Origin: Vicugna vicugna
Lineage: Eukaryota
DNA length: 64,000 bases
Assembly: GCA_013265495.1 (NCBI GenBank)
Contig: MU058213.1
Coordinates: 5,351,149-5,415,148 of the forward strand
Reading direction: 5' to 3'
Position 1 is the stretch's first letter, and every line of letters begins with the position of its first letter. Under the pieces are notes generated by a model. It was given only the letters and a program-made list of their open reading frames with translations, was not told the origin of the DNA and ran no database searches. Shown here piece by piece: positions 38,382 through 49,300 of the stretch. The position numbers and the translations under genes were made by a program.

Positions 38382-38392
38382 CAAGATGGCGG
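38382..38392 (+). promoter_or_regulatory. YY1-type motif at the L1 5' end (caagatggcgg)
   Basis: Matches the YY1 consensus; about 10 nt from the element start, as in mammalian L1 internal promoters. Confidence 0.75.
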
Positions 38393-38569
38393 AGTAGAAG
38401 GACGCTTGTAAGTCACCCTCTCCCACAAATACACCAAGACCCACATCTACAGACCCACTCAGCCAACCAGAGCACCTGCGGAACTCCGACAGAACATCGC
38501 CCTCTTCAAAAGATAAAGACGCCAAAAATCTGGTAGGAGAAAAGGAAAAAAGAAAGAACAAAAGGCAAA

Positions 38570-39650
38570 GCAGCGCGGGACGGGTCCCGCAGGGAGGGAG
38601 CGGCAAAGGAGGACTGGCGCTTGCTCGCTGGGTCTCCCCTCTCCAACTGAGAGGCCAGCGGGACGGAGGGGGAGCCTCCGAGGCTCGGATCTGTACAGAG
38701 CAGCCCTTGTCTGACAGAACTAAGTTAAGCGGGCACAGAGCGTCCCCCCGACGCCCAGCCTGAGACGCGGGCCGGCAGCGGCGGGCAGGGCCAGGCTGCA
38801 CAAGCCGGGCGGAGGACGGGGGCGGCTGCACGGAGGCAGCCCTGGGGGACTGCAAGGGGCTGGGCGCTGTGGCTGTGGGTGTACAGGACAGAACAACCTG
38901 GGCCCTCCATAAAACAGCAAGGTTGATGTGCTCTCGGGGGAAGGGTGCATACCCCCATCTCTGAAAACCCGCGGAAACTTTTCAGGGGAAGAGTGGCGGG
39001 GCCCAGGCAGAGCCGCCATATTCTCCGGCGCTGAGCACCCATGCGGGGGCAGAGGCGAAACCCGCGTCCGCACCGAAGGGCTTAGCAGCCTCAAGGGCCA
39101 GACTGAGACGGGCCTACAGCCCGGGGCAGATAGGATCCTTCCATTCTGGTCCCTCAGAGAACTTGCTCCACAAAGACAAACAAGGAGCTGGGTCTTGGCT
39201 GGGAGCAGGGACGAGGCTGTCCCTCGGTCTTCCCCGAGCCCACCCGCGGAGCGCGACCAGGGCGGAGCGCCGACCAGGGCGGAGCGCGACCAGGGCGGAG
39301 CGCCGACCAGGGCGGAGCGCGACCAGGGCGGAGCGCCGACCAGGGCGGAGCGCCGGCGCAGAGCGCGCAGCCGCACAGAGCAGCGGAGCTACCGGCGGCG
39401 CAGGCAGGGGGAGAGCGGCCCCCCGCCTGTCGGGCAGGAACACAACCCCTGACCGAGGTGCTGGGAAGGGGCACGACCCGCCCTCCTGCCTGGCCAGTCT
39501 GCAACATCTGACTGCGGCATCCGGAGGGGCAGTGACCCGCCCGCCCGCAGCAGAGGAGAGCTGCATCTGACCCCGTGTTAGGAGGAGGCGCGATCTGCTT
39601 GCCGACAGGTGCTGGGAGCAGCACAGAAGAGGGCGCCAACGGAGGGCCTA
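38570..39650 (+). promoter_or_regulatory. CpG-island-like internal promoter of the L1 5' UTR
   Basis: Dense undecayed CpGs, unlike the CpG-poor rest of the window. Confidence 0.85.
39246..39355 (+). repeat. Perfect tandem array: 3 x 33 bp (16-bp gcggagcgcgaccagg + 17-bp gcggagcgccgaccagg) plus a partial unit
   Basis: Direct reading; six GGGCGG boxes at the unit junctions. Confidence 0.95.
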
Positions 39651-40230
39651 TGAAAACAAGCTGAGCTTCCAAAACAGGACGAAGACAGAAGGACTTCACA
39701 TTAAAAGCACACAGACTCCAGGAGAACACCGACAACCCCCTTTTTTTTTTTTTTGTTTTTTGTTTTGCTTTGTTTTGTTTTTTTGTTTTCTGTTTTTGTT
39801 TTTGTTTTGTTTTGTTTTAATCTGTTTTTACCTGTTCTATTTTCAATTACTCTTTTAATTTTTACTTCTTAATTCATTTCTATTTCTCTTGGGTTTTGAT
39901 GTCCTGTTATTGATTAGACACAGGCTTCAAACACATATATTCATCTCCCCACCCCCCTTTTTTTTTTAAAGGTTTTAAAAGGACGTCTCCACCCGATTAA
40001 TACTCTGCTTCAACCCGCTCTTCTATTATTCATTATACATTGTTTTCAAACCCTCTTTCTCCCTTCTTTTAAAAATCTTTCTCTCTCTCTCTTATTTTTT
40101 TCTTTTTTTTTCTTTTTTCTTTTTTCTTTTTTTTTCCTAAGTTCTATTCCTAAATAGGCATTAGATAGATAAAATCCTTAAGATCCAAAATAGACAACTG
40201 ATACTCCATAAACCACAGTGCCAGAGAGGT

Positions 40231-41133
40231 ATGAGCAAGATGAAGAAGCAGAGAAACCTTTCCCAATTAAAAGAACAAGAGGAATCCCCTGAAAGAAAGC
40301 TCAATGAAATAGACATCGATAGCCTACTAGATCAAGATTTCAAAAAAGGAGTGATCAAATTGCTGAAGGAATTAAAAGAGATAATGCTTAGAGAAATAAA
40401 ATATGTCAAAAATGAAATTGAAGCTATAAAGAAGAGCCAAGCAAAATGGGAAAACTCAATGACAGAGATGAGGAATGATCTAACAGCTGTGCAAAGCCGA
40501 CTAGTTAATGCAGAGGAACGAATTAGTGATCTAGAAGACAGGGCAACAGAAAGCACCCATTCAGAAGAACTACAAGATAAGCAAATAAAAAATAATGATA
40601 ATAGCATAAGGGACCTATGGGATAATATAAAGCGTCCCAATCTTCGCATAATAGGGGTCCCAGAAGGGGAAGAAGGATCAAAGGGGATTGAAAAGGTTTT
40701 TGAAGAAATCATGACTGAAAACTTCCCAAACTTAAAGAAGGAATCAGATATCCAAGTACAGGAAGCTCAGAGGGTCCCAAACAGGAAGAACCCAAATAGA
40801 CCCACACCAAGACATATCATAATCAAGATGGCCAGAGTCAAGGATAAAGAAATGATTCTAAAGGCAGCAAGAGAAAAGCAAAGAGTGAACTACAAGGGAA
40901 CCCCCATAAGGCTCTCAGCTGATTTCTCTACACAAACACTACAGGCCAGAAGGGAGTGGCAAGATATATTCAAAGCCCTGAATGAAAAAAAGATGCAGCC
41001 TAGGATACTTTATCCAGCAAGGCTATCCTTTAGGATAGAAGGAGAAATAAAGAGTTTCACAGACAAAAAAAAGCTGCAGGAGTTTAGCAACACTAAACCC
41101 ATGCTAAAAGAAATATTGAAAGGGCTATTCTAA
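40231..41133 (+). CDS. L1 ORF1p RNA-binding chaperone, 300 aa
   Basis: Coiled-coil region, RRM start RPNLRIIGVPE, ARREW and YPARLSF motifs. Confidence 0.97.
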   Translation: MSKMKKQRNLSQLKEQEESPERKLNEIDIDSLLDQDFKKGVIKLLKELKEIMLREIKYVKNEIEAIKKSQAKWENSMTEMRNDLTAVQSRLVNAEERISDLEDRATESTHSEELQDKQIKNNDNSIRDLWDNIKRPNLRIIGVPEGEEGSKGIEKVFEEIMTENFPNLKKESDIQVQEAQRVPNRKNPNRPTPRHIIIKMARVKDKEMILKAAREKQRVNYKGTPIRLSADFSTQTLQARREWQDIFKALNEKKMQPRILYPARLSFRIEGEIKSFTDKKKLQEFSNTKPMLKEILKGLF

Positions 41134-41530
41134 ATAGAAAAGCAGCAGGATGCTACAGAAATGAGAAACGTACAACTGGAAAGGTGATAACTCATGAATT
41201 ACAAATAAAGAAAACACGAAATTATAAAAGAAGACATACAAATCACTGAGAGTGGGAGAGGGAGGCAGGGAAATATAGAATTTTTTTTCTTTCTTTTTTA
41301 AATTTTTTTAACAGTAGGATGGGTTTGAGATCATGTTATTATCAGTTTATTAAAAACGGGTATAGGTTAATAGATTTACAAAAAAGGGTAACCACAAGTC
41401 AAAAATTTACAAGGGAGTCACAAAAATTAAATAAAATCCATGATAATACAAAGGAAAATTACCAAACCACAAAAGGAAGAAGAAAGGAACAAAGAGGATA
41501 TACCAATTCAACTGCAAAGATAAGTTCAAA

Positions 41531-44500
41531 ATGGCAATAAACACACATCTATCATTAATTACTGTAAATGTTAATGGACTAAATGCTCCAGTCAAAAGAC
41601 ATAGAGTGGCAGACTGGATAATAAAGCAAGAACCTTCAATATGCTGCATACAAGAGACCCACTTTAGGGAGAAGGACACATATAGATTGAGAGTGAAAGG
41701 ATGGAAAAGGATATTCCATGCAAATGGAAAAGCCAAAAAAGCAGGTGTTGCAGTACTGATTTCAGACAAAATAGACTTTAAAACAAAGGCCATAAAGAAA
41801 GATAAAGAAGGACATTTTATAATGATTAAAGGAGTGATACAAGATGAAGATATTACACTCGTTAATATATATGCACCCAATATAGGAGCACCTAAGTACA
41901 TACAAGAATTACTAACAGAGATAAAGGGGGATATTGATGGGAATACAATCATAGTTGGAGATTTTAACACTGCATTAACATCACTAGACAGATCTTCCAG
42001 ACAGAAAATAAACAAGGCAACAGAGAAATTAAATACTACAATAGAAAAACTAGATTTGGTGGATATTTTCAGAGCTTTACACCCCCAAAAAATAGAATAT
42101 ACATTCTTTTCAAGTGCACATGGAACATTTTCCAGGATCGATCATGTACTTGGACACAAAAGAAACCTCAACAAATTTAAGAAGATAGAAATTATCTCAA
42201 GCATCTTTACTGACCACAATGCCATGAAACTGGAAATCAACAACAGAGAAACAAAGGAGAAAAAAAGAAAAGCATGGAGATTAAACAATATGTTATTGAA
42301 AAAACAATGGATCAATGAGGAAATCAAAGCTGAAATTAAAAAATACCTTGAGACAAATGATAATGAAAGCACAACCACTCAAAACCTATGGGACACAGCA
42401 AAGGCAGTGCTAAGAGGGAAGTTTATAGCGATACAGGCCTTCCTCAAAAAAGAAGAACAATCTCAAATAAACAAGTTAACCCACCACCTGAATCAATTAG
42501 AAAAAGAAGAACAAAAAGCCCCAAAAAGCAGCAGAAGGAAGGAAATAATAAAGATCAGAGAGGAATTAAATACAATAGAGATTAACAAGACCATAGAAAA
42601 AATCAACCAAACCAAAAGCTGGTTTTTTGAAAAAGTAAATAAAATCGACAAACCTCTGGCCAAACTCACAAAGAAGAAAAAAGAGAGAGCACAAATTAGC
42701 AAAATAAGAAAGGAAAATGGAGAAATTACAACAAACAAAATAGAAATACAGAATATCATACGAGAATATTATGAAAAACTATATGGAACCAAACTGGATA
42801 ACCTAGAGGAGATGGACAAGTTTCTGGAAACATACTGTCCACCAAAACTGAATCAAGAAGAAACTGAACACTTGAACAATCCGATCACTAGAAAGGAAAT
42901 AGAAATAGCAATTAAAAACCTCCCTACAAATAAAAGTCCAGGACCGGATGGCTTCACCGGGGAATTCTACCAAACATACAAAGAAGAACTCATACCAGTC
43001 CTTCTCAAACTCTTCCAGACGATTGAAAAGGAGGGAATACTCCCAAACTCATTCTATGAAGCCACCATCACCCTGATACCAAAACCAGGCAAAGACACTA
43101 CAAAAAAAGAGAATTATAGGCCAATATCACTGATGAACATAGACGCCAAAATCCTCACCAAAATTTTAGCAAATAGAATCCAACAACACATAAAAAAGAT
43201 TATACATCATGACCAAGTGGGGTTCATCCCAGGGACACAAGGCTGGTTCAACATACGCAAATCAATCAATGTAATACATCACATCAACAAGAGAAAGGAC
43301 AAAAACCACATGATCATCTCAATCGATGCAGAAAAAGCATTTGATAAAATTCAACACCCATTTATGATAAAAACTCTCGCCAAAGTGGGTATAGAGGGAA
43401 CATATCTCAACATAATAAAAGCTATATATGACAAACCTACAGCCAGCATAGTTCTCAACGGTGAAAAACTCAAAAGCTTCCCACTAAAATCTGGGACAAG
43501 ACAAGGATGCCCACTATCACCACTCCTATTCAACATAGTCCTGGAAGTCCTAGCCACAGCAATCAGGCAAGAGAAAGAAATAAAAGGGATCCAAATTGGA
43601 AAAGAAGAGGTAAAAGTGTCATTATATGCTGACGACATGTTACTATATATAGAAAACCCTAAAAGGTCCACAAAAAAGCTACTAGAGCTGATCGAAGAAT
43701 TCAGCAAGGTAGCAGGTTACAAAATTAATGTTCAAAAATCAGTTGCCTTTCTTTACACTAACGATAAATCAACAGAAAAAGAAAGTAAAGAAACAATCCC
43801 CTTTAAAATAGCACCCAAAGTAATAAAATATCTGGGAATAAATCTAACCAAGGAGGTGAAAGAATTATACACAGAAAACTATAAACCATTGATGAAGGAA
43901 ATTAAAGAAGACTTTAAAAAATGGAAAGATATTCCATGCTCTTGGATTGGAAGAATCAATATTGTTAAAATGGTCACACTGCCCAAGGCAATCTACAGAT
44001 TTAATGCAATCCCTATCCAATTACCCAGGACATATTTCACAGAACTAGAACAAATCATAATAAAATTTATATGGAACCATCAAAGACCTAGAATTGCTAA
44101 AGCATTACTGAAGAGAAAGAAAGAGGCTGGAGGAATAACTCTCCCAGACTTCAGACAATACTATAGAGCTACAGTCATCAAGACAGCATGGTATTGGTAC
44201 CAAAACAGACATATAGACCAATGGAACAGAATAGAGAGCCCAGAAATGAACCCACAAACTTTTGGTCAACTCATCTTCGACAAAGGAGGCAAGAATATAC
44301 AATGGAATAAAGACAGTCTCTTCAGCAAATGGTGTTGGGAAAACTGGACAGCAGCATGTAAAACAATGAAGCTAGAACACACCCTTACACCATATACAAA
44401 AATCAACTCAAAATGGATTAAAGACTTAAACATAAGACAAGATACAATAAACCTCCTAGAGGAAAACATAGGCAAAACATTATCTGACATACATTTCAAA

Positions 44501-45328
44501 AATTTTCTCCTAGAAGAAATAAAAGCAAGAATAAACAAATGGGACCTAATGAAACTTACAAGCTTCTGCAGAGCAAAGGAAACCAGAAATAAAACAAGAA
44601 GAAAACCTACGGAATGGGAGAAAATTTTTGCAAGTGAAACCGACAAAGGCTTGATCTCCAAAATATATAAGCAGCTCATACGACTCAATAAGAAAAAAAT
44701 AAACAACCCAATCCAAAAATGGGCAGAAGACCTAAACAAGCAATTCTCCAAGGAAGACATACAAATGATCAAAAAGCACATGAAAAAATGTTCAATATCA
44801 CTAATTATCAGAGAAATGCAAATCAAAACTACAATGAGGTATCACCTCACACCAGTCAGAATGGCCGTCATTCAAAAATCCAAAAATGACAAATGCTGGA
44901 GAGGCTGTGGAGAAAGGGGAACCCTCCTACACTGCTGGTGGGAATGCAGTTTGGTGCAGCCACTATGGAAAACAGTGTGGAGATTCCTCAAAAGACTAGG
45001 AATAGACTTACCATATGACCCAGGAATCCCACTCCTGGGCTTGTACCCAGAAGGAAATCTACTTCAGGATGACACCTGCACCCCAATGTTCATAGCAGCA
45101 CTATTTACAATAGCCAAAACATGGAAACAGCCTAAATGTCCATCAACAGGTGACTGGATAAAGAAGATGTGGTATATTTATACAATGGAATACTACTCAG
45201 CCATAAAAACCGACAACATAATGCCATTTGCAGCAACATGGATGCTCCTAGAGAATGTCATTCTAAGTGAAGTAAGCCAGAAAGAGAAAGAAAAATACCA
45301 TATGAGATCGCTCATATGTGGAATCTAA
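41531..45328 (+). CDS. L1 ORF2p endonuclease/reverse transcriptase, 1265 aa
   Basis: APE motifs NVNGLN, IQETH, GDFNT, RIDH, TDH; RT motifs RQGCPLSP and YADD; C-terminal CWRGC...HCWWEC; no stops. Confidence 0.99.
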   Translation: MAINTHLSLITVNVNGLNAPVKRHRVADWIIKQEPSICCIQETHFREKDTYRLRVKGWKRIFHANGKAKKAGVAVLISDKIDFKTKAIKKDKEGHFIMIKGVIQDEDITLVNIYAPNIGAPKYIQELLTEIKGDIDGNTIIVGDFNTALTSLDRSSRQKINKATEKLNTTIEKLDLVDIFRALHPQKIEYTFFSSAHGTFSRIDHVLGHKRNLNKFKKIEIISSIFTDHNAMKLEINNRETKEKKRKAWRLNNMLLKKQWINEEIKAEIKKYLETNDNESTTTQNLWDTAKAVLRGKFIAIQAFLKKEEQSQINKLTHHLNQLEKEEQKAPKSSRRKEIIKIREELNTIEINKTIEKINQTKSWFFEKVNKIDKPLAKLTKKKKERAQISKIRKENGEITTNKIEIQNIIREYYEKLYGTKLDNLEEMDKFLETYCPPKLNQEETEHLNNPITRKEIEIAIKNLPTNKSPGPDGFTGEFYQTYKEELIPVLLKLFQTIEKEGILPNSFYEATITLIPKPGKDTTKKENYRPISLMNIDAKILTKILANRIQQHIKKIIHHDQVGFIPGTQGWFNIRKSINVIHHINKRKDKNHMIISIDAEKAFDKIQHPFMIKTLAKVGIEGTYLNIIKAIYDKPTASIVLNGEKLKSFPLKSGTRQGCPLSPLLFNIVLEVLATAIRQEKEIKGIQIGKEEVKVSLYADDMLLYIENPKRSTKKLLELIEEFSKVAGYKINVQKSVAFLYTNDKSTEKESKETIPFKIAPKVIKYLGINLTKEVKELYTENYKPLMKEIKEDFKKWKDIPCSWIGRINIVKMVTLPKAIYRFNAIPIQLPRTYFTELEQIIIKFIWNHQRPRIAKALLKRKKEAGGITLPDFRQYYRATVIKTAWYWYQNRHIDQWNRIESPEMNPQTFGQLIFDKGGKNIQWNKDSLFSKWCWENWTAACKTMKLEHTLTPYTKINSKWIKDLNIRQDTINLLEENIGKTLSDIHFKNFLLEEIKARINKWDLMKLTSFCRAKETRNKTRRKPTEWEKIFASETDKGLISKIYKQLIRLNKKKINNPIQKWAEDLNKQFSKEDIQMIKKHMKKCSISLIIREMQIKTTMRYHLTPVRMAVIQKSKNDKCWRGCGERGTLLHCWWECSLVQPLWKTVWRFLKRLGIDLPYDPGIPLLGLYPEGNLLQDDTCTPMFIAALFTIAKTWKQPKCPSTGDWIKKMWYIYTMEYYSAIKTDNIMPFAATWMLLENVILSEVSQKEKEKYHMRSLICGI

Positions 45329-45664
45329 AAAACAAAAACAAACAAACAAACAAAAACAAAGCATAAATACAGGACAGAAATAGACTCATGGACAGAGAAT
45401 ACAGACTTGTGGTTACCAGGGGGGTAGAGGGTGGGAAGGGATAGACTGGGATTTCAAAATTGTAGAATAGATAAACAAGATTACACTGTATAGCACAGGG
45501 AAATATACACAAAATGTTATGATAAATCACAGAGAAAAAAATGTGACAATGAGTGTGTATATGTCCACGAATGACTGAAAAATTGTGCTGAACACTGGAA
45601 ATTGACACAACATTGTAAAATGATTATAAATCAATAAAAAATGTTAAAAAAAAACTAAAATTAG

Positions 45665-46325
45665 AGTTACTGTATGATTCAGCAATCCCACTCCTGGGCA
45701 TATATTCAGAAAAGATGAGAACTCCAATTTGAAAAGGTACCTGCATCACAATGTTCTTAGCAGCACTATTTACAATAGCCAAGACAAGGAAACAACCTAA
45801 ATTCCCACTGACAGACAAATGGATAAAAAAAAGGTACACGCGCGCGCACGCACACACACACATACACACAATGCAATATTACTTAGCCATAAAAAATAAT
45901 GAAATAATACCATTTGCAGCAACATGTATGGACCTAAAAGATTATCATACTAAGTTAAGTAAGTCAGGCAGAGAAAGACAAATATCATATATCACTTAAA
46001 TGTGGAATCCAAAAAAAATGATACAAATGAACTTAGTTACAATATAGAAATAGACTCACAGAAATAGAAAATAAACTTATGGTTACCAAAGGGGAATGGG
46101 GAAGGGATAAACTAGGAATTTGTGATTAACAGATACACACCACTATATATAAAATAGATAAGCAACAAGGTCCTACTGTATAGCACAGGAAACTATATTC
46201 AATATTTTATAGTAACTTATAATGGAAAGGAATCTGAAAAAGAATATATATGTATATGTATAACTGAATCACTTTGCTATATACCTGAAACTTTGTAAAT
46301 CAACTATACTTCAATTAAAAAAAAC
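45665..46325 (+). mobile_element. Non-inverted segment of the older L1, part 2 (ORF2 end, 3' UTR, tail)
   Basis: Continues directly from 38357 (agttactgtatgattcagcaatcccactcc); ends caactatacttcaattaaaaaaaa; internal (CG)n(CA)n at about 45835-45870. Confidence 0.9.
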
Positions 46326-49300
46326 TAATTTAGAAAAACTATAAAAACATACATTACATTAAAATGTTCCAGTTTCCAAAGACAAATGGAAATGATAAAT
46401 TAGAGCATAATCTTGATTCTTTTTTAAGTAGGACCCTGGTTAGTTTCAAATAGAAAAACACACATTAATGCATTTAAGGCAAATCTTTCAAATTTAGTAT
46501 ATAGGACAATGAATTCAAGTATAAGATACAGACAGAATAAGTTACACACAGAATGTGTGTTTCCAGAAGATACCACACCTAATGCTTTTGCTATAAGTAG
46601 TGCAATAGAAATACTAACATTTTCAAAAAGCAAGTTAGAAAACGATGAGACAGCATGACCTTGTTTTTGTGCAAACTTTTGTGCCTACTTTGAGAATTTT
46701 CTATCAAAGACATAAAGAAAATTTGAAAATAAGGGACCCAACATGTAACAAATACGATTATAGTGGCTCATTGTGAAACTGACTTCTAACTGAAGATAAT
46801 CTAATATTCACAGCTATGCAGCATTTAGAACATATAGTATCATATTTTGAAAAAATAAACTTGGGTAGAATTTGTAGATTGAGTATTCAGTTAGGCATCT
46901 GTATATGCTTAGACATTAGCATCACTGCCTATATACTATTATCCATAAAAAGATCGTTATCTACCAGGTTAGAAAAAGCACTGAGAGTTTGAAAGAGGAC
47001 TTGATTCTTGGACAGAAAATGAGAAAAAAACTTGTCTCTGCAAGGTGGGTGTTAAGACAAACTGGAATAATATAAACTACTTCACTATGTTAATTGTAAA
47101 GATGTAACTTGTGTAAGATACAATGTAAATAGATTAATGAAGCCTTAACATTAAGCTGTGTTACTTCAAGGAGGCAGCACAACTCTATGCACACTCCACG
47201 ATTTTAAAAATATTTCCTTAAAGGACATTTCCGCCCCTCCCTTACAACACTGCTTGGCATCGCTGAGGGAGACATAATATTGGCCAGAAACGAGATTTAT
47301 TCCACTGTCTCACTGCTTAAGTTCTTAGGGTTTAATTTAAACTAACTTGAAAGCAAAAGCATCTCAGAGTAGCACTAACTTTAAAAATCGAATGAAGGTA
47401 AGAGTTAAAGAACTTAACAAAGAAATTCATAAACCTTAGAAGCAGCTTATAGAAACTAGAAACAAAATCATACTTTGCAATAGATTTTAGGTTATAGCTA
47501 CATAGGCAATGTGAAAGAACAAACTGAACCACTTATCCTAGGATGAGGAAAACTTAGAGATTAAAGCAGTCAAAGATGATATTCAAAAGCTCAAAATACA
47601 TTTTAAAAATAAATACTATTCTGACCCCCCCTTCCCCTCCCCTCAAAACCACAACGTAACCCAGATATCAGCTAAGATCTCTGAACCCTTTACAGTATGG
47701 ATAGGACTGGCCCCATTCCATGCTCTGTGGAAATCCAAATCTTTTCAAAAGATTTCTGAAAATTCTCAAAGAGCTTATCCTCTTAAAAACAATTCTGGCT
47801 CTGGCTCCTGCTTTTAAAAGTGCTGTCTGGTATAGCAGTTACTCAATCAATATTTATTATTTGTTAGCCAAGCGCCTCTCCTTTCTTCTGGGAGTAAAGC
47901 CCGCTTGCTTTGGGGAAGCAACTTCCTTCCCTCACCCTTTTCCACACTGTAACATGGGATCCATATGAGAGTGGCTATCTTCTTGCATGTGGATATTTCA
48001 GCTGTGATGTTTAGCCCAGGGATGAACATATGTCCTGACCCGAGCCAATTAAAACCGCTTCCAGGGGGCTCTAAAAAATGAGAACTGAGAGACACAAGTC
48101 TTTTCCTCTTTGGTAGCAAAACTCTGAGGATAACAGCCTGGAAGCTGCTGTTAGCTTCACCCCCTGTTGGACAGAGAAGGTTTATCTGTACCTGGAAGAA
48201 ATAAAGCCAGTGTACAATGATCAAGAGGGAGACCAGATGGCATTTAGTCCCTGGACATCAGAGTCTCCGAGGCCAGCTCTACCTTCACCTTTTCCACAGT
48301 GTGAACTGGAAAACGACACAGTTGTCAGTGGAGCAAGCTAAATTACCTCCCCCAAAGATGGGGATGATGGTAAGCTGCAGTAACTGCCCTGCAAAAGGAA
48401 TGTAGAATCAGAAAATAACACATTACCAGAACAAGTTGAAAACTGCACAACAGGCAAGGAGGAGGTATCCAATTAAGAATTTCTGCCGTGTTCCACAGTT
48501 CATCTGGGGGCTATTAAAAATGCAGAACACTTCCTCTTCCCCACTGGACCCCCGTCCTTTCCTCACCAGCAACGCATATGATTCCAAGAAAGGCCATGGT
48601 CTCTTCCAGAAGGGAATTGACTGGTTTCCCCGATATAACCTCCCAAGCCTACTTCTTTTGCTGTATATTTGTCAAGAAGGCTTCAAAAAGCTGGGAGGGC
48701 TTCTATTACCTATGCCCTACAGAGTAATGATCTCTCTGTCGGCAAAATGTCCTTAACTTGGTTGTCTGCCTGATCACGTTTCATCAAACGATCTCAACTG
48801 GAATTGCTGGCCCCAAAGCTCTGGGAAGTGGAGGTTTAATCTTTTATAAACTTTGGACACTGCTTTCTCTTTCTTTTTTCTAGAAGGGGAAGAAAGGCTT
48901 AACCTATTCTTAAATATCAGAGATCTTAAGAAGACCTTTGTTTCAGCGGAATTAATTTGCAAAATCATTCTTTTGTTTGAATTCTAGGTAGAGTAACTTG
49001 CTGAAATGAGGGACACAATATGTGATTTACGACAGCAACATTCTCACTTCAGCCCCTCCCTCCCCACCATTTAGCATCCCAGTGGTGCTGTTCAAAAGAG
49101 GCCCCACTCAAAGCCTCCCCAAACTGGGGCCTATGAGTCCTTTCGGATGGAAGGTATTTTGGCCATCATACCAAGTTCTTCCTGGACAAGGACCACAACT
49201 CCAGCTGGGTAGGTCACTTCTGGGGTCTAAATCATAGACATTTTCCCAGTGATAATAGCTCAAAATCCTCCAGGATTGACTCTTACTGCCCACAAGGAGA

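Larger units (their letters stand above)
38373..45649 (+). mobile_element. Full-length LINE-1 (about 7.28 kb) with intact ORF1 and ORF2
   Basis: GC-rich 5' UTR, two open ORFs, 3' UTR with AATAAA; perfect 15-bp TSD aaaaactaaaattag (38358-38372 and 45650-45664) at a tt/aaaa endonuclease site. Confidence 0.98.

Noticed and set aside
39246..39355. CRISPR-like array
   Set aside because: No unique spacers, no cas genes, and a mammalian L1 context
38352..39735. Many long overlapping ORFs (135-218 aa) on both strands
   Set aside because: Expected from stop-poor GC-rich L1 5' UTR and the 33-bp repeat; mostly non-ATG starts. Only the ATG-initiated 99-aa antisense frame is kept, as speculative
40332..44826. 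Hydrophobic minus-strand ORFs opposite L1 ORF1/ORF2
   Set aside because: Antisense shadows of A-rich L1 coding sequence
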